DNA of 64,000 nt, taken from the NCBI GenBank assembly GCA_051294905.1, contig CM119381.1, positions 21,080,001-21,144,000 of the forward strand, written 5' to 3'. The DNA comes from Botryllus schlosseri (Eukaryota). Within the stretch, counting starts at the first letter, position 1. Every line of letters begins with the position of its first letter. Below are positions 13,472 through 48,800 of the stretch, piece after piece. Below the pieces are notes generated by a model. It was not told the DNA's origin. It was given only the letters and a program-made list of their open reading frames with translations, and did no database searches. Made by a program: the position numbers and the translations under genes.

Positions 13472-13926
13472 TTGCATACCATTGTTTGAATTATGACGGC
13501 GAATGAATACTATTATTTGTTAATTAACCGTCTCTTTCTCATTGCCGAATATCAATACATCCACAGAGCAGCATGTATTACAAATGTAATTCACTGCTTT
13601 CAACCTAGAAATACAATTAGTAAGCCTACGTTGTGGAATGCAGTTAAAATTCTTGACTCGGCCCGCCAAAGTATTTTCTGCTTTTCATTTGGTCTGAGGG
13701 AAAAATAATTGCCCGCCCCTGAATTATATACTGACTCCGTTTCAAGATAATATCCAGAGGGAAAATCTTGGAGCGAAAAAAATCAGAGCCAAAATGACGT
13801 CTTCGTGATCGATAGATATCTTGAATAGTAAATTAAGTTAAGACTTGGCTGACTTCAAACCCCAGTCGACCTTGGGGCGACGCCAACCGTTGTTTTGACC
13901 ATGTTTATTTTTTATTTTTTATCCAG

Positions 13927-37338
<23,412 letters not shown>

Positions 37339-37497
37339 AATGCTTCCTTTTATAGTTGACTGTTCATGTTCGGCTCCAATTAAATTTGTATACGTCAATA
37401 TATGTTTTCCCTTTACTTCCTTTTTCAAGATATCTCCAATCCCGCCTGGTAACACTCTTTACATATTTTACATATTGTATATTTGCATGTATTAGAA

Positions 37498-38515
37498 CAT
37501 GAGTCACCAACCCGAGGTTCGAGGCCACATTGTTGTTCGAAATTCGGTATATGATCGGGAAATATATTGCCCAGGTAGGTTATTATGGACTTGCAAGGCC
37601 AACGAAAAGTTTAATTAGCCTGACCGCGAAATTTGGGATCTTGGCGACTAAAAATCAGTTCCGATGCATTGGCGTGCCGTGGAGCCAGAGGCCAGTCACA
37701 TTTTACGTACATCTTCGTATATTACCATCAAGTAAAATATTTAGCGGTGGACTTACTTGATTTTTTGCTTCTAATATTGGTACCCTCCTGAAAACAAAAA
37801 ATTAAAGAACACCCAATTTACAGAATTGAGTTTAACAATATTCTCAATTATGAGAGAACGCGTCATAGAACTTGCGACTTCCATGCGCTCGCAAGAAGGT
37901 CGTCGGTGATGAAACATATCAATTAATCAACCGTCATATATTTTCATCTGCCCAAGACACACACACAATGTAAAATGCGATATACAAGACAAACAATGCG
38001 ATGTAATGAATAGATATGGGGATGCCGAACGACCAACTTAGTTAGTAGTAGCTTGAACTGTCATCCACCTCCACCTCGTAGTGCCCGTTGTCAGTCTTCT
38101 CTATTGTCATTCATTCTTCGTCGGTCCTTTCTAGGAGCTATTTCTCGCTCTTTTTTCTTCATAGGGTCTTTCCCAATTTCCACTGTCGGAGGTTATTCTG
38201 GGCCCCTCGTCCCCCATGTCAATGTTCTTACGGTGACAAATAAGTAAAGAAAAACCTCCGACCGGGCCGCCGCTTGGATAGCGCCGACGCTCACCACTAC
38301 GGTATCTGATAGGCGCTGGTCGAAACCTTCGATATTGATGCATGGCGACTTTTTTTATGATATAAATGTTATCAGTTTTGAAAAAAATGTTTTCATCGTT
38401 ACCTAGTCCGGCTCGATCGTATCGGACGATTAAAAATAGTCACAAACATTCAAGTTCAACGCAATGGTTCGTAAATTTTATACGTCCTTTTGGCCGAAAA
38501 GGTTGGCCACCCCTG
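37498..38515. mobile_element. About 1-kb hAT element in the A-B spacer
   Basis: catgagtcaccaacc ... ggttggccacccctg; TSD tattagaa/cattagaa; empty site cattagaa at about 59144 in the paralogous spacer. Confidence 0.8.
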
Positions 38516-38592
38516 CATTAGAACGTTGATATATTGTTGCTGTCATTCATAATTTTTTTGTTTAGTATTATAACAATATATATCATGTCGCA

Positions 38593-39256
38593 CAGTGGTT
38601 CTCAGCCGGGATCCGTGAAACCTTCAAATTTACAGAATGGAATATTTTTTTAATTATAGAGAAATTACGTGGCAGTTTCGATGCATAACTGCTAAAACTT
38701 CAGGACTAACATGAACATAAGGGTCGTCTTAGATTAAATATTCTACTGTGCAAACTCATTTTAATTGACAAATTCCAAATAGTATATACCGATACAAACA
38801 TTTTTCTGTTTGAAGATGTTTTGTTGGGGTTCAAGAAAATATTTGTTTACAAAGATCCATTTTCATATACATTAGCGCTATTCCAGAATAATTCTAAGAT
38901 GAGCTGCTAGATAGAAAAGATTAAGCTGGACGTCACATGTTTATTGAAAATCTGTTTGTCAATTTTGGCGCGATATATGTTACGATCACTCTCAAAGGTG
39001 TCGTTGGAATCGTTACGCGTATTATTACATTCGCCACCACATATCTTCGTGGCAATGGATTTTCGGTTCGCGTTCATATCAAATCAACGGCGCGGATTTA
39101 AATACAGAACTACGTATTTCAAGAAATACAGTTCAGATTTTGCTTCGAAATCATGGAAGTCTTCCATATCTCTACGTAAATAGTATTATGGTATTTTCGC
39201 GGGGTCCGTGACGGTCCAAAGGGAGCCCGCGGAGACGAAAGGATTGGGAACCACTG
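38593..39256 (+). mobile_element. Second copy of the Buster-like hAT remnant family (opposite orientation to 19467-20300)
   Basis: cagtggttctca ... gggaaccactg; frameshifted TFATTYL...HIKSTAR remnant. Confidence 0.8.
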
Positions 39257-39547
39257 ACGTATAGCATTTATTCAGTTAAATCCATATGCTGGTGGTTCGA
39301 GGTAGAAGTTAAAACCAACTAGCGCATTTTGTTGCAAACGGCTTCCGTTTTGTTTTATCGACTGGCTCATCGTCGATCATCAAAGCGCTACACAGACAAT
39401 ACATTTGAATCTCTTTTCCGCTTATTGGCCGCATGTCGTCTTTTATCGGGAGCTATAGTATCCCATAATTTCAGAGGGGTGGCTTCACATATTAGTTCAC
39501 GATTCACCGGTTATTGTGATAATTTGATTATTCTCATTGGTTGGTCT

Positions 39548-39554
39548 TATAAAT
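39548..39554 (+). promoter_or_regulatory. Candidate TATA box upstream of gene B
   Basis: tataaat about 140 nt before the first recognisable exon; flanks conserved at 59672-59698 but the TATA itself is not. Confidence 0.2.
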
Positions 39555-39692
39555 TATGTGCTTGAAGTCCGTGTACAGGTGAATATCATGATAAGTTATC
39601 AGTTTTCCTTCGACTTTTATCAAGTAGGAATAGCAGCGCTGGAATATTTTCAACGTTATCGATATCCGCTTAACGGTTACGTATATCTGCAG

Positions 39693-39814
39693 ATGCATGT
39701 AATGGCGGGATCATCGTCACCGGCATGCAGGGTGTTATAACATCACCCAATTATCCTTCCTATTACCCGAGTTATGCAAACTGTTCATGGTGGATTATTG
39801 TACCTGACGGAATG
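39693..39814 (+). CDS. Gene B, CUB1 N-terminal exon
   Basis: ACNGGIIVTGMQGVITSPNYPSYYPSYANCSWWIIVPDGM; ctgcag acceptor, gtgaga donor. Confidence 0.92.
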
Positions 39815-42800
39815 GTGAGATTCACTCTTCATACCCGTAACTATCTATTACCAACGAATAGCCTAGTTCCCATGCTTATATACTATACGAAACGACAAGG
39901 GCCATCATTACTGTGGTATTCATGTTTTGACATCGATGGTCATTTTACACCAGGCCGATAATATTGTCATGATTCCTGAAATCAGCGTATCCTCAAAGTT
40001 GGGGTGGACACTGAAAAAATTCTCTTCACGCTTCAATTAAGTAGCCGACATTAATATTTTCGATCCGTCTTCAGAACTGATTATATGCAAAAGCCGGTAT
40101 TGACATGTGTTGATTTCGACGATGTTTCATATCGATATGGGTGACAAGATTTCCTATGGCATATCTTGATGACAGTGGCGGCTCGTCCTATAGGGCAACT
40201 GGGGCATTGCCCCACCTAAAATTCTGTTCAATAACAGTTCTTTACCATTTATAGACGCACAGCAATCTATATATACCGAAATCACAGCAAAAATCGTATT
40301 CTTCTTGTCCTTTCGCTTGTAAATGCCCATATATATAGCGAAGTCTCTGCGAAAATCGAATTCTCTTCGTGTTTTCGCTTTGCAAATGCCTAGCCGGGGC
40401 TTGCCCCGGTAGCGCTCATAACAAGCTTTCACTGTCTATTCTCTCAAACCTGCGCACAATAAAGAAACAGTGATTTACTCTCTCCTATTCATAAAATGAC
40501 CGAGCAACCGGGGCAACATAGCCTGCTCGCCCTTAAGGTGTGATGTAACAATCGTATCTATATCTGAACTCGGTTACCGTCATATGCGTTTAGTCGACCT
40601 TTGCTGGTATAGGTCGATTTTGATGGTGTTTCACACCATGATAATTCTTGAAACTTGGTATGTCATGTCGTGATGGTGGTATTTAACATTGTCCCAAGTT
40701 TCAGGGTTTCTACTTAAAGTTTAGGGTAGTAATTCCGTTTCCGAAGTTGAGTGTGTGCTGATTCGTCATGTATCGCAAACAGATTTTACTCAAAAGCCGG
40801 TATTGGTATCCATTGATTTTGACGATGTTCCATACCGAGATCGGTCATGACATTTGGTACGGTAAGTCTTAATGTTAGTATTGAACGCGGTACCAAGTTT
40901 CAAGTTTGTCACTGTACTGTGTTAGTGGTAATTTCGTTTCCTAAGTCGAGTGAGAGCTGACTCGTCATTTATCGCAAACATATTTTACGCAAAGCCGGTA
41001 TTGGTCTCCATTGATTTTAACGATGCTCCTTACCTAGATCCGTCATGAGCTTTTGCATGGTATGTCTTGATTTTAGTATCGAACGCTGTGCCGAGTCTCA
41101 AGGTTGGCACTCAATGATTAGGGCAGCAATTTCGTTATCAAGGTCGAGTATGGTAAAGATGTGCGCTGATCTGACACTTAGCCTACCTAACGCATTGCGG
41201 ATTTCACGCAAAAGTCGGCGTATCTGTGTTAACGCTAACTGTGTCCCATACTGAGATAAGTGATGAGATGATGATATCATGAAACAGTTTACTAACATCC
41301 TCGGTTTGCATTCAAATATTTACTTTTTTTTTATATTCTCCAATGTCAATTTTGACCGTGAAATTGTGGCCTTCAGACCATTTGCTTACAATTACAACCC
41401 CTGTCAAGCGCGATAGCTGTTTCGTTTTCGATGGCGGCTAACAGCTGATCGCTTGATCATTGATCAGCCTATTCCTCAGTAAATTTTACGCAAAATTCGG
41501 TGTTGGTCTGTTTGTATTAATTTTGACAGTGTACCATACCGAAAACGGTCATGAGGCTACTTCTCGATGATTTCATGTAACAGTGTACCAAGTTTTCGGC
41601 TTTCATCCACGTATTTGTTCGGTAATATATTTTCCAAAGGCGATTTTGCAGCAGACATATAGACCGTAAGCCGTATGTGTCGTGTGACAGTCTCCAGCAT
41701 CAAGGCCAAAATATCTCCTATGCTGTATCGGGACCGAATTTCCGAGGCTGCTATCCGTAGTTCTTCAGAATTATGTTTTGGATTCAATATGACATTGTCC
41801 AATCTATGAGATAACAATTGCGTATGTGTCCGAACGCGTTGACCTTTCCAGCTAGGCTTACGCAATCTCTCGAGTTATAGTCATTTCCATTTCTGCAGAT
41901 AATTAGTCAAGTCAGGTATAGTGCGAACATGAGCCGTGTCAAATCTTTGTTCCGTACGCCGTTTACGCAGTTACCACACTTCAAGTCACAGCTCACCGGC
42001 AGATCTCTCGCGGCACATACGTTAAATCACTGTTGTCGGGAAGTTCGTGTTACCGTAGTTCGTACCACCAAGTTACTTGTTTACGTTGGAAAACTCCATT
42101 GTGACGTCATCTTGATAAAAAGTCGCTTGCAGCCCTTGCCCCACCACCCGATATTGTCACGAGCCGCCACTGCTTGATGATGAGATCTAATACTGTACCA
42201 AGTTTTAAGGTCGTCACTTGATGATTATGGCAGTAATTTCGTTATCGAAACCCATGCGAAATCTTGTCTCCCAACTCTCTACATAACGATGTTAAAATCA
42301 ACAAACTTGGTACATCGCTTGCCGATGTAGTCAAGATATACCATACGGAGTCTTGTCTCCCCACCAAGCATAGAATACCATCAAAAAATAAAAACATATC
42401 AATAGCGAGTTTTGCATAAAATCTGCTATGCGTATATGCGTATAGTTCAGGCGTCACCAACGTGGTGCCCGCGAGCCCCAGGTAGCCTGCGCGGACAGGT
42501 GAGTAGCCCGCGAGCCTGTTTTAAATTGGACCGAATAGAAGAATTTACCAATATTCGTCAGATTATTACCAGTGAGCTTATAAACATATAGATTGATTGA
42601 TTTGGCCATTCTTGTTTGAATCACATCAACATGCAACTTGCAAATGACAATACATATATAATAAACATATAGTGATATCAAATATCTTCAATCACAATTA
42701 GTAATATACCAACCAACATGTAATAGTATCACAAGAAATCTAAGACGTAGGATACGGCACACTGCTTATACAGGTGACATGATGGAATACCGCGGTCTTC

Positions 42801-45800
42801 TTGGCATAGCGGGGGTTCCGTTATGGTAGCTCGACGTCCAGGACGATGCCAAAGTAGTAGATAACATTACTATTTGGTAGTAGATAGCCGTGAAGAAATA
42901 GCAGATTTTCAATATCTGTATGCACATTGCGAATTGCATATTTCCACACAGCTTGTTTCTCTTACACTCAACGCAGTTTAGTACCATGTTTCTAACTTTC
43001 TGTAATCGTTGCTACCGTCCGGTATAATGAAATCTGTTATGTCTGGATGCTAAACAGTTGGAGATTGAAATTGTAACACTGCTAAATGACCTCCACCTCA
43101 AAGCCCACCAGGCTGCACCAAACTTTTGGAGCCTTGTTAACATGGAAAAGGACAATTGTGCAGCGGCTATGAAGGTTGCAAGCGTGTTTGGTTCAACTTG
43201 TCGTTGTGAATCAGCCTTTTCGGATATGAACTTCATCAAAAACAAACACAGAACACGCCTCACTGATGCACATCTGAATCACTCACTCAAAGTTGCAGTG
43301 TCAAGTTACATACCAGTGCACTAGTTGATCGCATGCAATGCCAGGCTTCCCACGGACTGATATAGAAACAGATAACATGATGTCTACAGTCCAGTCTAAA
43401 ATGTGACATGATTTATTTCAAAATTTGAGTTCACTGTTGTTGTATAATTTATACAAACATAGTGCGAAGTAATTCATGATTTCATAAAAAATCTTAGTGG
43501 CTATTAGCTAGTTGAAATGAGATGTTTTCATTTAAAAGAAAGACTCTCTTAAAAGTCTTTTCCTGTCCAGTGCTATGAATATCAAAGCGGAAATTCAGTC
43601 TGATACGGGTAAACGGCACGAGGAAATGGTAGCCCGTCGCTTCAATCAGTACCCAAGAAGTAGCTCTTGGTTGCAAAGAGATTGGTGACCCCTGGTCTAG
43701 TTTCAGTCTTGCGCACACATATACACATCGATTTGAATAAGGTAATTACTAACCTAATCATTGAGTGAAAAACTAGAAACTTGGTACATTAAATCACTGC
43801 TTCAGACGGATCGACAATAGCGTACTAGATTTCGATCACGAAATTATTGCCCTAATCATTAACTAACGACATTGAAACTTGATACAGTATTAGATCACAT
43901 CATCAAGATATACCATACGAAATCGTTGCCACCAATCTCGATATGAAACACTGTCAAAATCAACACACACCAATGCCTGCTTTTTCATTTAATCAGTACT
44001 GAAGACGGATCGAAAATAACAATGTTGATTGCCTCATTGAAGCGCGAAGGAGAGAATTTTATTTTCAGTGTCCACACCACCTTTGAGTACACAGTAACAA
44101 TTTGTAATCCAGGTAATTGCAATCAAATCCAATGACTATTTGGCTATCGAATCTGCTGGATCCGACTGCTATTATGATGCCCTTACCTTCGACAATATAA
44201 AGGTTGGAATTTGTAGTTGCTTTAATCTCTCCATTGGTCAATCACACATCCATGTAGCAGGTATTCTGCGGATACAGAGTGCTTCCGAGCTTTCACACGA
44301 AAAGTAGTCGGCTGACAGTCACCTTCACTTCTGATGAATCGGTGATTTCTCGTGGTTTTACTTTCACCTGGACAGCCATTAGTAAGTGAAGCTTACAGTA
44401 TTTCTGATGCGTAGAACGCACCTAGATCAGGGGTTCTCAACCATTTTTCGGCCGAGGCCCCTTTCCCGAATTGAATCATATTCCTGTTAAATGCGTGGGA
44501 ATCGCCGGTGCCGATATGCCTATTTCTCTAAAATATGCGCATTTTTCTCTTACCAATCATATTTAAACTAGACTTCTAGGGACATGAAATCACGCGAAGC
44601 GCGACTAAAATTTTCGAATTGATAAGGATTTCCTCCAACAATAAACAAATCAGTTTTGGATCCTTTCGAGCTCCACTGAATTTGGGGTTTGGGGTGGAGC
44701 AGTTACGGCCCTGGTAGCTCGTATAACTCTCGTACATTATGGCCGTCAGCTGTTCCATTCATGTTCGGAGAATCCATTCATGTGACTCTTATACTATGTA
44801 CAATGATTTCAAGGCCGGACATTTCAAACTAACCTTAAAGATCAATGTGCAGCGTTAAATCCCCAATCCATTAGCAATCTTTGCGGTGGTGCCGTATAAT
44901 TCCACAGGAAGTTGATAATTGACAATAAATATAAATTGTAGGTATTTTTATCTTACAATGATACGGCCTGCCGAAGTACCGTAAATCCTGATCAAATACA
45001 CTCCCTCCGAGTTTAATGCACACATTTTCAACGGTATACGACGTATGACCCTACCGGAATACTTGGTTACTTCAGCATTATTCAAATTTATTTTCCTTGC
45101 TGTTAGCCGCAGGTTTTCACGGACGGGGGACAAAAGCCGCCGTTCCCCCACCACAGCACCACTCCTCCATGTTCGACTTTGTATATTTTGTCTCCATACG
45201 TGGTACTACGTCTCATCAAAGGGCCATTCCCTACACAGACAACCAATGTTCACACCACTACCTCTTCAAATCTCCTGAAATTTGGTACACGCACATATGA
45301 GCTAATTCCAAACAGGATGAACTTTATTTTATGGAAATTGGACTTTGAGGTCAAATAAATAAACCAAAATTCTCAACAAAGAGGACAAATCCTCTGGTCC
45401 AGTGGGCCATGGACCCCTCGTTGAGAACCCCTGACCTACACGGAGGCACAGAAACAGTACGAGCACGAAAGAAAACTATGAGCATAAAATAGATTGCATA
45501 TGCTATACCTTGAACCGATATTCGTATTCATAGATCGTAACTCAGCTGTGCAGTGGGCACCGCTGCGTTGGCGAAATTTATTTCATTTCGCAGTTCTTGA
45601 GTCCACCATCACTATGAGTCAACCTATAGTCTATGCCAACAGAAAGAATTTGTGTATCATTTGAAAATCGCGCATTACCTGGCTTTGTTTCGCCATCTCG
45701 TGTGCTACATTTCTCTCGTTTTTCGAACTTAGTATATACTCTGTGTGACACAGTAATTGGCTATGTTGATTGCCGTTAGATAAAGTTATTGTATTTGAAT

Positions 45801-48800
45801 GCTCGCATTATTACTGGCGGCATCGCCTGATGAGTGTCAGCCGAAAAGCTTCGAAAATATATATGAATGTATTATTCGAATGTATCTTGTAGGGAATTGT
45901 ATAGGATACTCTGATCTCCGATAATGCGTCTCAAGGATTAGCAAGCACTTTTGCCGCTCGGTGGATTGGAAGCAACAAAGTAGTCGAAATGCTATCAAAT
46001 GAAAATATATTCATAAGCATGATAGGGTGGGATGAAGGAAGTCACATTAAATTTATAAAGATTTATTCACATTATTACTAAATGTATTGTATTACTCAGA
46101 CGAATCCGTTATTCCCGAGAGCCGCGTGACCCACATTTACGCAGAGAGTGGAACTATTTCGTCTCCAAACTTTCCGTCCACGTATGATAGTTTTCTGGAA
46201 GAAGAATGGATTGTTCAAACACCTTTTTCGGATATGGTATGGTTGACAATATGATTTGTATTTTTCACGACATAAATTGTTGAGACATGAATGGGATTTC
46301 TCACCAGATAGCTCCTTGCTTCTCACTAACTTTGTGCTCTTGGTAACTTTCCATTCATTAGAAGATATTTCCAAGGCCTGTATACACTTGCACAATCCAA
46401 TTCACGACGAAGATTTATGTATTTATTCAGTTCAATAAATATGTTGTTGTGAGATGTTTTTTTTCTGTGTTCAGGCAATATCAATCGAATTCGATCCTTT
46501 GTTCGACCTGGAAGCAGGAATAGGAAACTCGTGTCCATATGATTCGTTGACAATTTCAGAAGGAGCTTCACTGCCCAGCATGCATGTAGGAATATTAGTA
46601 TTCACACAGAAGGCTATCATGATCAAATGGAGTGTAAAAAATATCTCGCTGATTTCGTAACAGAATGAAGTATTGGAACTGTGTAACACGAGTAGACCTT
46701 CAACGCATTTGATAAGAAACAGTGATATGTACGTTTCATTCAAGACTGATAGATCAATCAACGGACGTGGATTCTCTTTCAACTTCTCCACTGTCGGTGA
46801 GTTTGACTTGGTTTAAAAAATTGATTTATTGAGGTAAAAGACCCCCCTCAAAAATAGGGAAATAGAGTAGGGCCCTATCGGGAGACTAACACAATGTATG
46901 GGCATTTACATTTACACACATTTCCACCACAGGCATAATGTTATGAAGAATTAGCGCGCATATATGTAGAACTTGATGCCTTTGGCACCCCTGGCTACGC
47001 TTATGCATCCATTCCTCCATCTTGGAATCTACATCTAGCAAAGTATTGTAATTCGTCGAGACAGCTAGAGTTTACTCTGACATATATCCGATAATATATC
47101 CTCAATCAGGAGATCTTTAGGCCCTAATCTACGGTATGAGCTCACTTTCCTACCGCCTCCGGTGGACGGTGCTGTGTCGTGCTCATTCTCTACAGTTGGG
47201 TGGTTGGGATCAAATGATCGTATGTCCTATATTCAGAATCAAATCAAGGTTGCTATGACAACCATTGGGTACGTGCTCATAACTGTCGACTTCGAGCCCA
47301 ATATAAACATCTCGAATCCACCTCTGTGATAGGCAAGACAGGGATGTTACCTGGCTCTGTGTCATTGCTTTGTGCGGCGAGTAAATCAATTGAAAATGTG
47401 GTAGAGACCTTTGCTCACATTCCATTTAGCCATCTAAAATATAGGGAATGCAGCCAGTTAACGTACATGTGAGGTTGTGGGTCACGATACTAAATAAAAG
47501 AAATATTCAGACGATTTTATTTTGTAGCCCTCAAATACAAGCATATTTAGTAATGATTTTGGCCAAGAAACTTCAAATTTTCTCTCGTGTACGAATGGCT
47601 CTAAATGTCATAGGGGTACGGTGCCTTTCTCCGATTTCGTTACGCTGTGCGCTGTAAAGATACAATACCTAATTCGAAACATTTTTTGTAAAAAAAATAC
47701 CATCGAGCGTGATGGAAGTGTGTTCAGGGAGAAGTTGCAATCTAAAAGTACGCGCATGATGCACGTAACGTTCATCTTGCATGAATTGTAATAACAATCA
47801 TTGCATTTACGATACATGCTGTAGGCCTACACATCGTTAGTATATTTCGCACGAAGCGCAACGAAAAATTGCGATATGCGATCAATTTTGTCGCACATAA
47901 ATATGCTACGAAAATTTGGGGATATGCAGAACTGTTGTTCCACTGTAGAGTCATATTTCGCTAGGGCAGGGGTCTCCAACTCAAATTTGGTCGTGGTCCA
48001 ATTTCCTACATTTCGATGACACGGCGAGCCGCAGCATCAATAATAGGGGTATTCAATCTCTTTCGAAGTAGGCCTTGTTTGACGGATTCTTGCCGAGTGG
48101 CATTCCACATCCATCGTAAAAATATGATTTAATCTCCAGCAAATCACGTCTTGCACGAAAAAAAAAATCAAAATTTTATATATTCGACTAAAATTGTTGT
48201 ACTTGCTTTCGGCGCGGGCAATATAAGCTGTTCTCGGGGCCACGTGTTTGAGACCCCTGCGCTAGGACAACTACACCATCTACTGCGACGCCAGTTATCT
48301 TCAGCGCCCTCATATCTTTCCCTGAACGCTTTCGCTCCCTTCAAATTCCAAATCACCCCCAGGGGGCGCGGGAGGCAAGGGTAAGAACCAATGTATTAAT
48401 CGCATGTAATGAACGCACTGATGGTGTATAGTATATGCCAGGGGTCGGGAACCTTTTTCATGGTAAGAGCCATATTGGCCCTATATTTTCCATTGGAACT
48501 CACAAAGAGCCATACACGTTAATCAACTAATACGTCACAATTGAAAATTCGTGACGTCATTGTAGCACCAATCAGATCACTTTACAATTTTTCAAGACAT
48601 AGGATTCGTTGTGTGCGCCTTTTTTGACATGTAGAATCTTCTACTAATTATGTTGGTTTCCTCATTTGAGCACGCAAAACTTGACGAGTTAACCGGATCT
48701 TTTGCAAGTTGCATCTTTTTAAATGCATTTCAGTGAGAGCTTTGTGTTATTTTTCGAAGCTTGAGACAATTAACATTCAGATTTCCAACAGATGCAGACA

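Larger units (their letters stand above)
39992..44087. mobile_element. Long-TIR foldback element filling gene B intron, with two nested hAT insertions
   Basis: 39992-40172 plus 42181-42245 is the reverse complement of about 43835-44087. Confidence 0.82.

Noticed and set aside
13570-13620. Exon-like ...AACITNVIHCFQPRNTI|gtaagc as gene A's missing CUB1 exon
   Set aside because: Lacks SPNYP and CxW motifs, is too short, and its end phase (1) does not fit the phase-0 start at 13927.
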